This document shows positions 1 to 10,102 of a stretch of DNA of 64,000 nt, in pieces (positions within the stretch are counted from its first letter, which is position 1; every line of letters starts with the position of its first letter). The notes under the pieces were generated by a model. The model was not told the DNA's origin, searched no databases, and saw only the letters and a list, made by a program, of their open reading frames with translations. The translations under genes were made by a program, and so were the position numbers. This stretch comes from Minisyncoccota bacterium (GTDB lineage Bacteria > Patescibacteriota > Minisyncoccia > Phycocordibacterales > UBA2100): NCBI GenBank assembly GCA_031291875.1, contig JARLIE010000183.1:1356-65355 (forward strand). The letters run 5' to 3'.

Positions 1-434
1 TGCAGTGCGAGGCCGCCGGGAAACGGACCGAAAAGCTGCTTGATATCTTTTTGATCCCACTTTTGGAACAACTCACGCCCGCGTACCACAAGTACGCGTG
101 GATACTCCTCCTTCGTAACGACGACGTAATTGAAGCTCTTGTTGTCTTTCTCATCGACGTTATAGGGTGGCTGTCGGCGCTTGATCTCGTTCGCTTCCAA
201 AATAAGTGCTTCTAGTACAGAGTCGGTCGTCTGCCACTTGAGCGACGTCGCCCGTTCCACCATGGCGACGATTCGCATGCCACGCGTCTCAGCCAAATCG
301 GACGCGAAATAGCTTCGAACCCGGTCACGCAAACTTGTAGCTTTGCCCACATACAAAACTTCTCTTCCCTTGAGGAAAAGGTAGATGCCCGGTTCATCGG
401 GAAGTTGCAGTGTTTGGAGGTCTTTCTTTGTCAT
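1..434 (-). CDS. uvrC: UvrC excinuclease subunit, N-terminal GIY-YIG fragment; the 3' end of the gene lies outside the window
   Basis: Minus-strand translation from the ATG at 434 gives MTKKDLQTLQLPDEPGIYLFLKGREVLYVGKATSLRDRVRSYF...EALILEANEIKRRQPPYN. This is the canonical GIY-YIG/UvrC N-terminus. There is no stop before the window edge. It lies next to uvrA and uvrB. Confidence 0.8.
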   Translation of the reverse strand, partial: MTKKDLQTLQLPDEPGIYLFLKGREVLYVGKATSLRDRVRSYFASDLAETRGMRIVAMVERATSLKWQTTDSVLEALILEANEIKRRQPPYNVDEKDNKSFNYVVVTKEEYPRVLVVRGRELFQKWDQKDIKQLFGPFPGGLAL

Positions 435-495
435 TAAATAGTCTTACCGCGGTATGGAGGCCGCGGCAAGAAGGAGGACGGAGTCCTCAGTGTGT

Positions 496-780
496 TCACG
501 ATTCCGCATGGAGCTTGATCATCTCCGGCGGAAGAATGCCCTGGTTTCGATAGTGATCATATATGACCATAACCGATGCGTGCCAAGTTGAATCGTTCAG
601 TCCCATCCGGAGTCCCGCACGGGTCAGCACGACCGAAAATAAATCGATTTCATTCGGTATGCCGAGCCGCTTGCAGAGACATTTGACGATCTGCGTCGCG
701 TTCGGGGTGGGCAATCGCGGCGGTACTTCCTCCATCGTAAGATCGAAGACAGTTCCGCTAGCAAACAGATTGCATCCCAT
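496..780 (-). CDS. hypothetical small protein (94 aa)
   Basis: ORF with a strong SD (AAGGAG about 8 nt upstream of the ATG at 780). It sits between uvrC and uvrA. I recognise no motif. Confidence 0.45.
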   Translation of the reverse strand: MGCNLFASGTVFDLTMEEVPPRLPTPNATQIVKCLCKRLGIPNEIDLFSVVLTRAGLRMGLNDSTWHASVMVIYDHYRNQGILPPEMIKLHAES

Positions 781-891
781 TCAAGTTCTCCTTTGGCAGT
801 GAGATCGTGAGCCACTTCTATGCTCTAAAAGACTAGTATTGCACAAGCTTCATGATTTGCAAATTGCGCCGCTTTTGGGGATAAGCATACC

Positions 892-3558
892 TTATTCCTT
901 TTTCTTTCCTCGCTTCAAAACTCGCTTGAGGTAGTAGCCGGTATGCGACCCATCTACCCTTGAAACCTCCTCGGGTGTTCCGTGCGCGACGAGTTTGCCA
1001 CCTCCCGCTCCGCCCTCCGGGCCCATGTCGATGATGTAGTCCGCGCACTTGAGCATATCGAGATTGTGTTCGATTACGACCACGGTATTGCCGTGCTCGA
1101 TGAGCTTCTGAAGAATTTGAATGAGTTTCGCGACATCATCGTAGTGCAACCCAACCGTGGGCTCGTCGAGCAGGTATACCGTTTTCGTTAGGCCGGGACG
1201 ATAGAGTTCGGAAGCGATTTTGACGCGCTGGGCTTCGCCCCCCGAGAGCGTGGTCGCGCTTTGACCGAGCTCGAGATACCCGAGTCCGACATCGATCAAT
1301 GTTTGCAAACGATCACTGATCGCCGGAATGTCCTCGAAGAATTTATTTGCCTCTTCCACGGTCATCGATAGCACGTCGTGAATATTCTTCTTTTTGTATT
1401 TGACCTCCAGTGTCTCTTTCATAAAGCGTTTGCCATTGCAGACATCGCACGTGACGTACACGGTCGGCAGGAAGTGCATTTCGACGGCAACCAATCCGTT
1501 GCCCTGGCACGCTTCGCAGCGACCACCTTTCACGTTGAAGGAGAAGCGGCCCGGGCCCCAGCCGCGTGCACGGGCTTCTTCACTCATCGCGAAGAGATCG
1601 CGAATGTGCGTCCAGGCGCCGGTATACGTGGCGGGGTTTGAACGCGGCGTGCGCCCGATCGGCGACTGATCAATTAAAATCGAACGACCCAAATATTCCG
1701 TACCCGAAAATTCTTTCACATTGTAGGTCTTCGCGCTTCGGAAGCGCTTGTCAAATTTTGCCTGCAAGTTGCGGTGCAATATTTCGTAGAGGAATGTCGA
1801 TTTACCTGAGCCAGAAACACCCGTTATGGCAACCAGCTTGGAAAGCGGAATATCGACGTTGAGGTTCTCAATGTTGAACTTGCTCGCGCCGCGAATTTTT
1901 ATCTTACCGCGATCCGCGGTGCGACGTTTCTCCGGAATCTCAATAGCCGCTTCCTCGCGAAGATACGAAAGTGTGCGCGAGCCGCTTTTATTGGTCTTCG
2001 CGGTCAAAAGGTCGTCAAGCCACCCCGATACGACAACGTTGCCACCGTGCACACCCGCACCTGGGCCAATGTCGATGATGTAATCCGAGGCATAGATGGT
2101 GTCCTCGTCATGTTCGACGACCAGTACGGTATTGCCGAGGTCGCGCAAACGTTTGAGTGTTTCGATAAGCTTGTCGTTGTCGCGCTGGTGCAAGCCGATG
2201 GTCGGCTCGTCAAGAACATAGAGCGCCCCGACCAAGCCGGAACCAAGCTGTGACGCAAGGCGGATGCGCTGCGCTTCGCCGCCGGAGAGCGTGTTCGCTT
2301 TTCGATCGAGCGTGAGGTATTCGATGCCGACATTGAGCATAAATTGCAAACGGCTCGTGATCTCCTTGATCACGACTTTCGAAATTTCCTTTTCCTTCTC
2401 GGTGAGCTTGAGAGCGGTGAAAAATTTCATCGCGTTCTCGATCGAAAGCGACGAGAGATTCACGATGTTGGAACCGCTTGCGGGTCCATTGTGTTCTTGC
2501 GGTTCTTTTACCTGGCCGAGAAACACGTTGAGCGCTTCAGGGCGCAGACGAGCGCCGTTACATACCGGACACACTTCGTCGCTCCAGATAAATTTGGTGC
2601 CGAGGCCGTTGCACTCGGGGCATGCGCCGTACGGCGAATTGAACGAGAACAAGCGTGGTTCAATCTCGGGAAACGAAAAACCGTCGTATGGGCACATAAA
2701 CTTCGCGGAAACGATACGCGAATTACCCGCGGGATCGGTGATTTTAATGAGCCCCTCGCTTTCGTGAAGCGCGCGTTCAATTGCCTCGCTTGCGCGCTCG
2801 CGCGTTCCTTTCGGGTCGTCCGAAAATTCCGAAACGAAAATTTCGTCCACGACGATGTCGATGTCGTGACGGTCGTTCTTGGCAAGCTCTATGCGCTCGC
2901 GCAGCGATTTCTCTTCTCCGTCGATCACTGCTTTCTCGTATCCTTTCGAGAGCATATCGTAGAGCAACTGGTAGTACTCGCCCTTGCGACCGACGACAAC
3001 CGGAGCCGCAATCCGTATTTTTGCGTTCGAAACGCCTTTAATGAGCGCTTTCTTGCCCTCCCCTTTGGAAGAATCGGTCTTCCCTAATTTGCTTGCCGAA
3101 TTGACGATCTCGAGAACAGTTTCAAGAATTTCTTCGTTGGAGAGTTTGCGTACCTCTCTGCCACAGATCGGACAATGAGGATGGCCAATGCGTGCGTATA
3201 AAACGCGCAAGTAGTCGTATATCTCCGTGATTGTCGCGACCGTCGAACGAGGATTGTTGGAACGCGATTTTTGGTCGATGGAAATCGCAGGCGAAAGCCC
3301 GGAGATCTCATCCACGTCCGGCTTTTGCATTTGACGTAAAAACTGACGTGCATAGGCGGAAAGCGATTCGACATATTTACGCTGGCCCTCGGCAAAAATA
3401 GTATCGAATGCCAAAGATGACTTGCCGGAACCGGACAAGCCCGTAAATACGACCATCTTGTTGCGCGGCATCTCTACGCTGACATTCTTGAGGTTGTGCG
3501 TGCGCGCGCCTTTGATGACGATCTTATCCGAACCTGCGTCTTTTGGATGTGGGGTCAT
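892..3558 (-). CDS. uvrA: excinuclease ABC subunit A
   Basis: 888 aa with two ABC ATPase modules (GLSGSGKSSLAF... and GVSGSGKSTF...) and zinc-finger Cys clusters (CPICG, CPVCNG, CEACQGNG, CDVCNGKR). Confidence 0.97.
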   Translation of the reverse strand: MTPHPKDAGSDKIVIKGARTHNLKNVSVEMPRNKMVVFTGLSGSGKSSLAFDTIFAEGQRKYVESLSAYARQFLRQMQKPDVDEISGLSPAISIDQKSRSNNPRSTVATITEIYDYLRVLYARIGHPHCPICGREVRKLSNEEILETVLEIVNSASKLGKTDSSKGEGKKALIKGVSNAKIRIAAPVVVGRKGEYYQLLYDMLSKGYEKAVIDGEEKSLRERIELAKNDRHDIDIVVDEIFVSEFSDDPKGTRERASEAIERALHESEGLIKITDPAGNSRIVSAKFMCPYDGFSFPEIEPRLFSFNSPYGACPECNGLGTKFIWSDEVCPVCNGARLRPEALNVFLGQVKEPQEHNGPASGSNIVNLSSLSIENAMKFFTALKLTEKEKEISKVVIKEITSRLQFMLNVGIEYLTLDRKANTLSGGEAQRIRLASQLGSGLVGALYVLDEPTIGLHQRDNDKLIETLKRLRDLGNTVLVVEHDEDTIYASDYIIDIGPGAGVHGGNVVVSGWLDDLLTAKTNKSGSRTLSYLREEAAIEIPEKRRTADRGKIKIRGASKFNIENLNVDIPLSKLVAITGVSGSGKSTFLYEILHRNLQAKFDKRFRSAKTYNVKEFSGTEYLGRSILIDQSPIGRTPRSNPATYTGAWTHIRDLFAMSEEARARGWGPGRFSFNVKGGRCEACQGNGLVAVEMHFLPTVYVTCDVCNGKRFMKETLEVKYKKKNIHDVLSMTVEEANKFFEDIPAISDRLQTLIDVGLGYLELGQSATTLSGGEAQRVKIASELYRPGLTKTVYLLDEPTVGLHYDDVAKLIQILQKLIEHGNTVVVIEHNLDMLKCADYIIDMGPEGGAGGGKLVAHGTPEEVSRVDGSHTGYYLKRVLKRGKKKE

Positions 3559-3736
3559 ATAAACAATGCCGACCCCTGCTTTGCGCTAGGGGTTGGTACC
3601 CGCCAACGGCGGACACACGCACTATACCATAAAGCGAACGACGGCGAGCTTGAGGCGCGCCGTCGTTTATATCAGTAGGACGTTATATCCTTCCCCTGCG
3701 CTCAGTCTCTGCGAACTAATACGCGACTTCATCGGA

Positions 3737-4018
3737 TCACCTCGGTGCCACTTCCACGTCCCGGGTCGGGATATACGGTGTGGTACCTCCGATCTTGCAG
3801 CGAATCGGATCGTTCGCCGTTACTTCGGCGGCCGCCGGAGCACTTCCCCTGACCCAGAACTGCTGGATGCAGGACATGACTCCGCCGGCCGGTGCAAGCG
3901 CATAGATCTTGCCGCTTTGCACAGCCGCCGAAAGGTCGTTCTCCCGACCGGCTGCAAAGGCGCCGCCGTTGCACATCAGTACAAAAACAAAAGCAGGTAA
4001 GAACAGTGCAGTTCTCAT
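3737..4018 (-). CDS. small secreted protein (93 aa) with N-terminal signal peptide
   Basis: Signal-peptide-like N-terminus MRTALFLPAFVFVLMCNGGAFAAG. AAAGGAG SD 7-8 nt upstream. A hairpin at about 3640-3672 lies downstream. Confidence 0.5.
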   Translation of the reverse strand: MRTALFLPAFVFVLMCNGGAFAAGRENDLSAAVQSGKIYALAPAGGVMSCIQQFWVRGSAPAAAEVTANDPIRCKIGGTTPYIPTRDVEVAPR

Positions 4019-4106
4019 GTGCGTCTCCTTTCAAGAGCTTGAAAACAGGAGCGAGGCTCCTACTAGAAAGTTCACACGAATTTCGTCCAAAGTACAGGGG
4101 ATAGCA

Positions 4107-5030
4107 TTACCTCAATAGCGCGGCCTCTTCGTCAAGCGTGATGGAAAAACGCTTAGACACTTCTGCTTTTATTTTTGCCGCCAGCTCAAGAATATTCGCT
4201 GCGGTCGCACCGCCTCGATTCACCAAATAGTTGGGATGCTGCAAGCTGGCAATCGCTCCGCCGACAGTGGCGCCTTTCATGCCTGCCGTTTCGATTAACC
4301 AACCAGCGGGAACACGTCCCTCGCGAGATTTCACGCCTTTCTCCGTTTCGAACACCTCCACGACCTGCTTTGGTGCGATAGGATTCATAAAAAAGCTGCC
4401 GGCAGCTTTCACATTCTGCAAATGGCGCCGCTCGCGCTCGAGAACGGTTTCCTGTGCCAGCTGTTTTGATCGCTCTGGATCGACGTTATATAACTGCAGC
4501 GACGTGCGCAAAATAATCCATTCCGGATTATCCTTAAAAAAACTGTGGCGATAGGAGAAGTCACACGCTGCATTTTTAAAATCGCGTACCTCACCCGTTT
4601 GCGGATGTAACGCCCGTACCATAAGAACGAAATCCTTAATCTCGCTTCCGAAGGCGCCTGCGTTGCCCCGAATAGCGCCACCGATCGATCCGGGAATTCC
4701 CGCGAGCTTCTCCCACCCGCCAAATCCTTGCTGCGCGCACGCGGTGATTGCGAGCAAAAGATTCGTACCGGCCCAAGCGTCGAGTATGCCGTCTTTTACG
4801 CCGTATAAATTCCCCACCAAGTGTATGACGAGCGCATCGAGTCCTTCGTCGGGTACCAACACGTTGCTTCCGCCCCCGAGAATGATGAATCTGATGCGTC
4901 TTTCGTTCGCCCACAAGATAGCTTCCCGAATATCGGTTTCGCTACGAACGTCCACGAAATACCGCGCAGTACCGCCAATGTCGAACGTTGTCAGCGGCGC
5001 AAGCGGAACGTTTTCGCGAATCTCCTGCAT
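4107..5030 (-). CDS. murB: UDP-N-acetylenolpyruvoylglucosamine reductase
   Basis: 307 aa, PLAPLTTFDIGGTARYF...ILGGGSNVLV FAD-binding N-terminus typical of MurB. Confidence 0.92.
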   Translation of the reverse strand: MQEIRENVPLAPLTTFDIGGTARYFVDVRSETDIREAILWANERRIRFIILGGGSNVLVPDEGLDALVIHLVGNLYGVKDGILDAWAGTNLLLAITACAQQGFGGWEKLAGIPGSIGGAIRGNAGAFGSEIKDFVLMVRALHPQTGEVRDFKNAACDFSYRHSFFKDNPEWIILRTSLQLYNVDPERSKQLAQETVLERERRHLQNVKAAGSFFMNPIAPKQVVEVFETEKGVKSREGRVPAGWLIETAGMKGATVGGAIASLQHPNYLVNRGGATAANILELAAKIKAEVSKRFSITLDEEAALLR

Positions 5031-5031
5031 A

Positions 5032-7029
5032 CTACTTTTTTAAGGATTCCTCCAAGGTATTGATCTCGTCTCGCAAAAGCGCGGCGGTTTCGAAATCGAG
5101 ACGGTCGGCCGCATCATGCATCTGGCGTCGTTTATCTTTGATGAGTTTTTTCATATCGCCACCAAAGGCATTTGCGTCATACGCTGCAAGTTCGGTAATC
5201 GCCCGCTTACGGGTTCGTTCGATGTCTCCGGTGATGTCCATGATGCGCTTCTTGATAGTTTGCGGCGTGATGCCATGCTCTTTGTTGTACGCGATCTGAA
5301 TCGCGCGGCGGCGGTTGGTCTCCCCGATTGCGCGATCGAGCGAGCCGGTCATATGGTCTGCGTAGAGAAGGACCCGGCCGTTGACGTTGCGTGCGGCACG
5401 ACCGATCGTCTGGATGAGCGACGTTTCGCTGCGCAAAAAGCCTTCCTTGTCGGCATCGAGAATACCGACGAGTTCGACTTCCGGCAGATCTAATCCTTCG
5501 CGAAGCAGGTTGACGCCGACCAGCACGTCGAAGATTCCTTTGCGGAAATCCGTGAGAATCTCTATTCGCTCGATGGTCGTTACATCGCTGTGTACGTAGC
5601 GGGCCTTGATGCCTTTCTCGACGAGGAATTGCGACAAGTCCTCGGCCATTTTCTTGGTAAGCACGGTAACCATCGAACGAGCACCTTTCTTGGTCGTCGC
5701 TTCGGCTTCTGCGATAAAATCCTTGACCTGTCCTTCATAGCCAGCGCTCGAAACTACGGGCCGAATAACGATCTCGGGGTCAATAAGGCCGGTTGGTCGC
5801 ACAACCATTTGGATCGGCTCTCCGCTGTGCGCGAGTTCGTATTGTCCGGGCGTCGCCGTGGTGTAAATCGTCTGGCCGGTACGCTCTTCGAATTCGTCGA
5901 ATGTGAGCGGGCGATTGTCAACGGCGCTCGGCAAGCGAAAACCGTGCTCGACCAGCGTTAGTTTACGCGAACGATCACCTGCATACATCGCGCCAATCTG
6001 CGGCACAGTTACGTGTGATTCGTCGATGACCGTGAGGAAATCCTTGGGAAAATACGAGAGCAGTGTGTGGGGCGGCTCGCCCGGTTTGCGACGGTCGAAG
6101 TGACGGGAATAATTTTCGATGCCGTTGCAAAAGCCAAACTCTTTGATCATCGCAATATCCTGGCGAGTCCGACGCTTCAGACGTTCCGCTTCGAGTATTT
6201 TTCCCTCATCTGCAAAGACCTTAAGTTGCAGCGCCAATTCCGCCTCGATATCGGCTACCGCAGCGTCTTGGACCTCTTTGGGAGTAACGTACTGTCGCGC
6301 CGGAAACACGAAGACGGCTTCGTGCGTCGTCGCAATTTCCCGGGTAATAGGATCGAGCTCCTCGATACTGCCGATTTTCCCAGCCGAGAGATCGAGCCTG
6401 TAAATCGTTCGTTCGCTGGCCGGCATGAGCTCAACCTTGCTGCCGAGCGCTCGAAATGTTCCCGGCTTGAGATCGCCTGCAACTCGATCGAAGTAAATCG
6501 CTATAAGCTTTCGCGTGAGCGCCGCGCGGGTCATCGGCCCGCCTTTTTTTAGTTTCAAATTCACCTTCTCGTATTCAATGGGAGAGCCAAGGCCGTAAAT
6601 ACACGAAACAGAGGCGACGACGATAACGTCGCGGCGCGTGAGAAGCGCCTGCGTCGCAGCGTGGCGCAAACGTTCAATATCTTCGTTTACCTGTGATTCT
6701 TTCTCGATGTACGTATCCGTCACCGGCACGTATGCCTCTGGCTGGTAGTAGTCGTAATACGAAACGAAGTAGTGGACAGCGGCGTCTGGAAAAAATTCTC
6801 GATACTCGGAAGCGAGCTGTGCAGCAAGCGTCTTGTTGTGTGCGATTACCAGGGTCGGGCGCTGCATTTCATTGATGATGCTGGCGACGGTGAACGTCTT
6901 GCCCGAACCTGTTACACCGAGGAGCGTTTGGTCCCGTTTGCCCTCCTTGAGCCCTTTGACGAGCGCGGCAATAGCCTTGGGCTGGTCGCCGCTTGGCTGG
7001 TACTCCGATTTAAGTTTGAACGAGGCCAT
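5032..7029 (-). CDS. uvrB: excinuclease ABC subunit B
   Basis: 665 aa. Helicase motifs GVTGSGKTFT and DESHVT, beta-hairpin region YYDYYQPEAYVP, and C-terminal UVR domain (DFETAALLRDEI). Confidence 0.97.
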   Translation of the reverse strand: MASFKLKSEYQPSGDQPKAIAALVKGLKEGKRDQTLLGVTGSGKTFTVASIINEMQRPTLVIAHNKTLAAQLASEYREFFPDAAVHYFVSYYDYYQPEAYVPVTDTYIEKESQVNEDIERLRHAATQALLTRRDVIVVASVSCIYGLGSPIEYEKVNLKLKKGGPMTRAALTRKLIAIYFDRVAGDLKPGTFRALGSKVELMPASERTIYRLDLSAGKIGSIEELDPITREIATTHEAVFVFPARQYVTPKEVQDAAVADIEAELALQLKVFADEGKILEAERLKRRTRQDIAMIKEFGFCNGIENYSRHFDRRKPGEPPHTLLSYFPKDFLTVIDESHVTVPQIGAMYAGDRSRKLTLVEHGFRLPSAVDNRPLTFDEFEERTGQTIYTTATPGQYELAHSGEPIQMVVRPTGLIDPEIVIRPVVSSAGYEGQVKDFIAEAEATTKKGARSMVTVLTKKMAEDLSQFLVEKGIKARYVHSDVTTIERIEILTDFRKGIFDVLVGVNLLREGLDLPEVELVGILDADKEGFLRSETSLIQTIGRAARNVNGRVLLYADHMTGSLDRAIGETNRRRAIQIAYNKEHGITPQTIKKRIMDITGDIERTRKRAITELAAYDANAFGGDMKKLIKDKRRQMHDAADRLDFETAALLRDEINTLEESLKK

Positions 7030-7677
7030 AGGACACTACACTGTACCAAATTATCCCCAAAGAAAAATGGTCGGCCTGGGGGCCGACCACTATCACTGAT
7101 TTTGCGCGCTCGCGTCGTTTCAACCCTGCTGTTTCGAGGGCGTCGACGCCGAAGTAGTTCCCTGCTGCTGTTGTGTCGAGCTTGGCTCGCCGTCTTCCAC
7201 TGCCGAGCAATGGAATGATGAAGGCCGCGTCACCTCGCGGCAGGTGCCATGAAAGGATCTCCCTCCCGCCGTGAGCCTATCGCGGGGGCCGTATCGATTG
7301 GGCATCTTCTGCTCCTTAATTCACATCAGTGCATGTTTACGCAATACACCGCGGGCGATAGTACTCCCAAAAAGCTATGTGGGCAACTTCGTTGCAGGAT
7401 CGCCTCCCGTGCAGTACCGTTACTGTGGTTGCGAACAACAGGGGTTCCCATGCCAAAGAAGCGCGCTCGGAAAAGAGGGCATAAAGCGGCTCGAAAACAA
7501 AAAACGAGTTACCACGAAGGCGATGCGGCTGACAGCCTTGAAGGGTGCGTTCGACGGATACTGCGCTCACAAGGTTGCAATATGAAGAGTTCGCGTTTTT
7601 TAGCGGGATCGCGTACTAGAATTCAGTTTGATCTTCCGGCGAATCCTGACGATCTGGATTGAATGCTGAGGCGCAAG

Positions 7678-7709
7678 AGACGGCACGAGTATGCCGTCTC
7701 TTTTCTTTT
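7678..7709 (+). terminator. Rho-independent terminator (plus orientation), overlapping the tyrS stop codon
   Basis: AGACGGCA-cgagta-TGCCGTCT hairpin followed by CTTTTCTTTT on the plus strand. On the minus strand there is no U-tract after the stem. Confidence 0.6.
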
Positions 7710-8952
7710 AGATACGTGTCAACAGGCAAACATTGCGCTTGCCGCGTTTGAGTATCGCGATATTGTGTACAAAATCGTCGGCGTTTATCGTTTTATCCTC
7801 AGTGACAGCCTCACCATTTAAAGTAACGGCCGAATCCTCAACGAATTTTCTAGCCTCTCGTTTCGAGCTCGCGAGTTTTGATTCGACAAGGACGTCGAGG
7901 ATCGACGCGTCTTCGGCAACCGCGATGCTCGGCGCTGCCAAGCGCAGTGCGTTCGCAGCTTTTGCGTCCAGATCGGCGACGCTCCCCTCCCCAAACAACA
8001 ACTGCGAAATGAGTTCCGCTTCTTCCGCAGCCGGATCGCCGTGAACAAGTGTGGTGACCGCTCGAGCGAGCGCCCGCTGAGCATGGCGTTCCTTGGGACT
8101 TCGCTGCTGGAGTTCCATGACAGCCTCGATTTCGTTCACGGACAAGAGCGTAAAGAGTTTCAAATAGTCCTCCACGCTTTCATCGCTCGCGTTTAGCCAA
8201 AACTGGTAGAACATAAAGGACGATGTTTTCTCAGGATCGAGCCAGATTGCATTGCCTTCGCTCTTGCCGAATTTCTTGCCAGTCGCCTTATCCGTGATAA
8301 TCGGAATTGTGAGCGCGTAAGCTACTTTATTCTCTTTGCGTCGAATCAACTCGACACCCGCGATAATATTGCCCCATTGATCGGATCCGCCGATCTGGAC
8401 GTCGCAATCGTATTCTCGGAAGAGATGCCAGAAATCGTACGCCTGCAAAAGCGGGTAGGTAAATTCTGTGAACGAAATTCCATCCTCGCTCGTCATGCGC
8501 GCCTCGATTGCGTCTTTTTTTACTAAATTGTTGACCGTGAAGTACTTACCGGTATCGCGAAGAAACTCGATCAAGTTGAGATTGGTGAGCCAATCGGCAT
8601 TGTTTATCACCTGAAGCTCGATACCACCGAGAAGCTTTTGCGCTTGCGCGCGCAATTTTCCTACGCGCGCTCGAATTGTTTCCTCATCAAGAAGCGGACG
8701 CTCAACGTCCGGCTTGGGATCGCCGATCATCCCGGTCCCGCCGCCAGTAATCAAAATAACCTTGTGCCCCGCATCGGCGAAGCGGCGAAGCAACAGGTAG
8801 GCCGCCAAATTGCCGACATGGATAGAATCGGCGGTCGGATCAACACCGAGGTACACGGTGCGCGGCTTGCCGTCGGTGATTTCTTCGAGCTTTTCAGCCG
8901 AAAATTGATAGACGTAGCCGCGCTCGCGCAAGAGCTCCGAGAGTTTTGCCAT
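7708..8952 (-). CDS. tyrS: tyrosyl-tRNA synthetase
   Basis: 414 aa. HIGH-type motif (HVGN), KMSKS-type motif (KFGKSEG), and C-terminal S4-like domain. Confidence 0.95.
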   Translation of the reverse strand: MAKLSELLRERGYVYQFSAEKLEEITDGKPRTVYLGVDPTADSIHVGNLAAYLLLRRFADAGHKVILITGGGTGMIGDPKPDVERPLLDEETIRARVGKLRAQAQKLLGGIELQVINNADWLTNLNLIEFLRDTGKYFTVNNLVKKDAIEARMTSEDGISFTEFTYPLLQAYDFWHLFREYDCDVQIGGSDQWGNIIAGVELIRRKENKVAYALTIPIITDKATGKKFGKSEGNAIWLDPEKTSSFMFYQFWLNASDESVEDYLKLFTLLSVNEIEAVMELQQRSPKERHAQRALARAVTTLVHGDPAAEEAELISQLLFGEGSVADLDAKAANALRLAAPSIAVAEDASILDVLVESKLASSKREARKFVEDSAVTLNGEAVTEDKTINADDFVHNIAILKRGKRNVCLLTRI

Positions 8953-8979
8953 TGCCGAAAATATACCACGAAACGCGCC

Positions 8980-10026
8980 TTAGGCGTGCGGATCCGGGAG
9001 GTATTTGTAGATCTGGGCGATCTCGGTCATAACCTCGTCCGAGAGCTTCAGATCGGCGGAGGCGATATCGGATTTTAGCTGCTCAAGCGTGGTGCAGCCT
9101 ATGATGTTCGAGATGGTAAACGCGCGGTCGTTAACGAAGGCGAGCGCCATTTGTGCCGGGTCGAGACCGTGCTTTTTTGCGAGATCGACGTACGCCTGAA
9201 TGCCCGCTTGCACATGCGCGCCGTTATAGCGTTCGCGATTGCGCTCGTAGAGCGTGTGGCGAGCTTTCGGGGGCTGCGCCCCGCCGAGATATTTGCCGGA
9301 AAGGGCGCCGCCGCCCAGCGGTGAATACGGCAAAAGCCCGACTCCCTCGCGAAGACAAATTTCGGAGAGTCCGATCTCAAAAGTTCTGTTGGTGAGATCG
9401 TACTGGTTTTGAATGGTCACAATCCGCGGCAAATTCTTTTCTCGGGATAGACGCAAATATTCAGTAACGCCCCAAGGTGTTTCGTTGGACACACCAATGT
9501 GTCGAACTTTGCCGCTTTTTACGACTTCCGACAGGCCCTGCAGTGTTTCTTCAATCGAAGGAACATTCTCTTCGACGATTGATTCAAAGCCGCGCTTGCC
9601 GAAAAAGTTGGAGGTGCGGTCCGGGACGTGGACTTGATACAAATCGATGTAGTCCGTTTGCAGACGCTCAAGGGTGCCGTCAATGGCCGCTGCGATGTTC
9701 TCGACGGTGAGACCCTTGCTCGCGTCGCGAGTTTTGATCATCGGTCTTTGAAAAAGTCCGCCGACCTTGCTCGCGATGACCAAGTCGTCTCGCTTACCGC
9801 GCTTTTTCAGCCAGCTCCCGATGAAGCGTTCGGTCGTTCCCTGTTTTTCAGGATCCGGCGGAATAGGATACACCTCTGCAGTGTCGATAAAATTAACGCC
9901 TTGCGCGACGGCGTAGTCGAGTTGCTCATGCGCGTCGCTCTCGGTATTTTGCTGACCCCAGTTCATCGAACCGAGGCAGATTTTAGAAACCTTTATAGTC
10001 GTGTGCGGTATCGTTCGATATTCCAT
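8980..10026 (-). CDS. aldo/keto reductase family oxidoreductase
   Basis: 348 aa with AKR-type TIM-barrel signature (GVNFIDTAEVYP ... IGVSNETPW). It lies 27 nt upstream of tyrS on the same strand. Confidence 0.88.
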   Translation of the reverse strand: MEYRTIPHTTIKVSKICLGSMNWGQQNTESDAHEQLDYAVAQGVNFIDTAEVYPIPPDPEKQGTTERFIGSWLKKRGKRDDLVIASKVGGLFQRPMIKTRDASKGLTVENIAAAIDGTLERLQTDYIDLYQVHVPDRTSNFFGKRGFESIVEENVPSIEETLQGLSEVVKSGKVRHIGVSNETPWGVTEYLRLSREKNLPRIVTIQNQYDLTNRTFEIGLSEICLREGVGLLPYSPLGGGALSGKYLGGAQPPKARHTLYERNRERYNGAHVQAGIQAYVDLAKKHGLDPAQMALAFVNDRAFTISNIIGCTTLEQLKSDIASADLKLSDEVMTEIAQIYKYLPDPHA

Positions 10027-10034
10027 AGGGAGCC

Positions 10035-10072
10035 ATTATAACAAAAAGGCCTACGAGAGTAGGCCAAGTTTG
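10035..10072 (-). terminator. terminator hairpin for the upstream peptidase gene, with an overlapping TATAAT -10 box for the AKR-tyrS operon
   Basis: Minus-strand AGGCCTAC-tctc-GTAGGCCT followed by TTTTGTTATAATGG. The -10 box sits about 8 nt from the AKR ATG, so the mRNA is nearly leaderless. Confidence 0.45.
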
Positions 10073-10102
10073 GGAGCAAGCCCAGAAGATGAACTACTGT
10101 AA

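Noticed and set aside
563-815. Plus-strand 79-aa ORF and minus-strand 63-aa ORF overlapping the 496-780 gene
   Set aside because: They overlap the RBS-supported minus-strand ORF in alternative frames. There are no translation signals.
3559-3736. LexA/SOS box upstream of uvrA
   Set aside because: Only a 10-bp inverted repeat hairpin (AACGACGGCG...CGCCGTCGTT) was found. It is more consistent with a terminator for the upstream small gene. There is no CTGT-N8-ACAG or GAAC-N4-GTTC match.
7030-7707. RNase P RNA, tmRNA or SRP RNA in the uvrB-tyrS gap
   Set aside because: I could not find any of their conserved motifs by eye. The region is kept only as an unexplained candidate ncRNA or small-protein locus.
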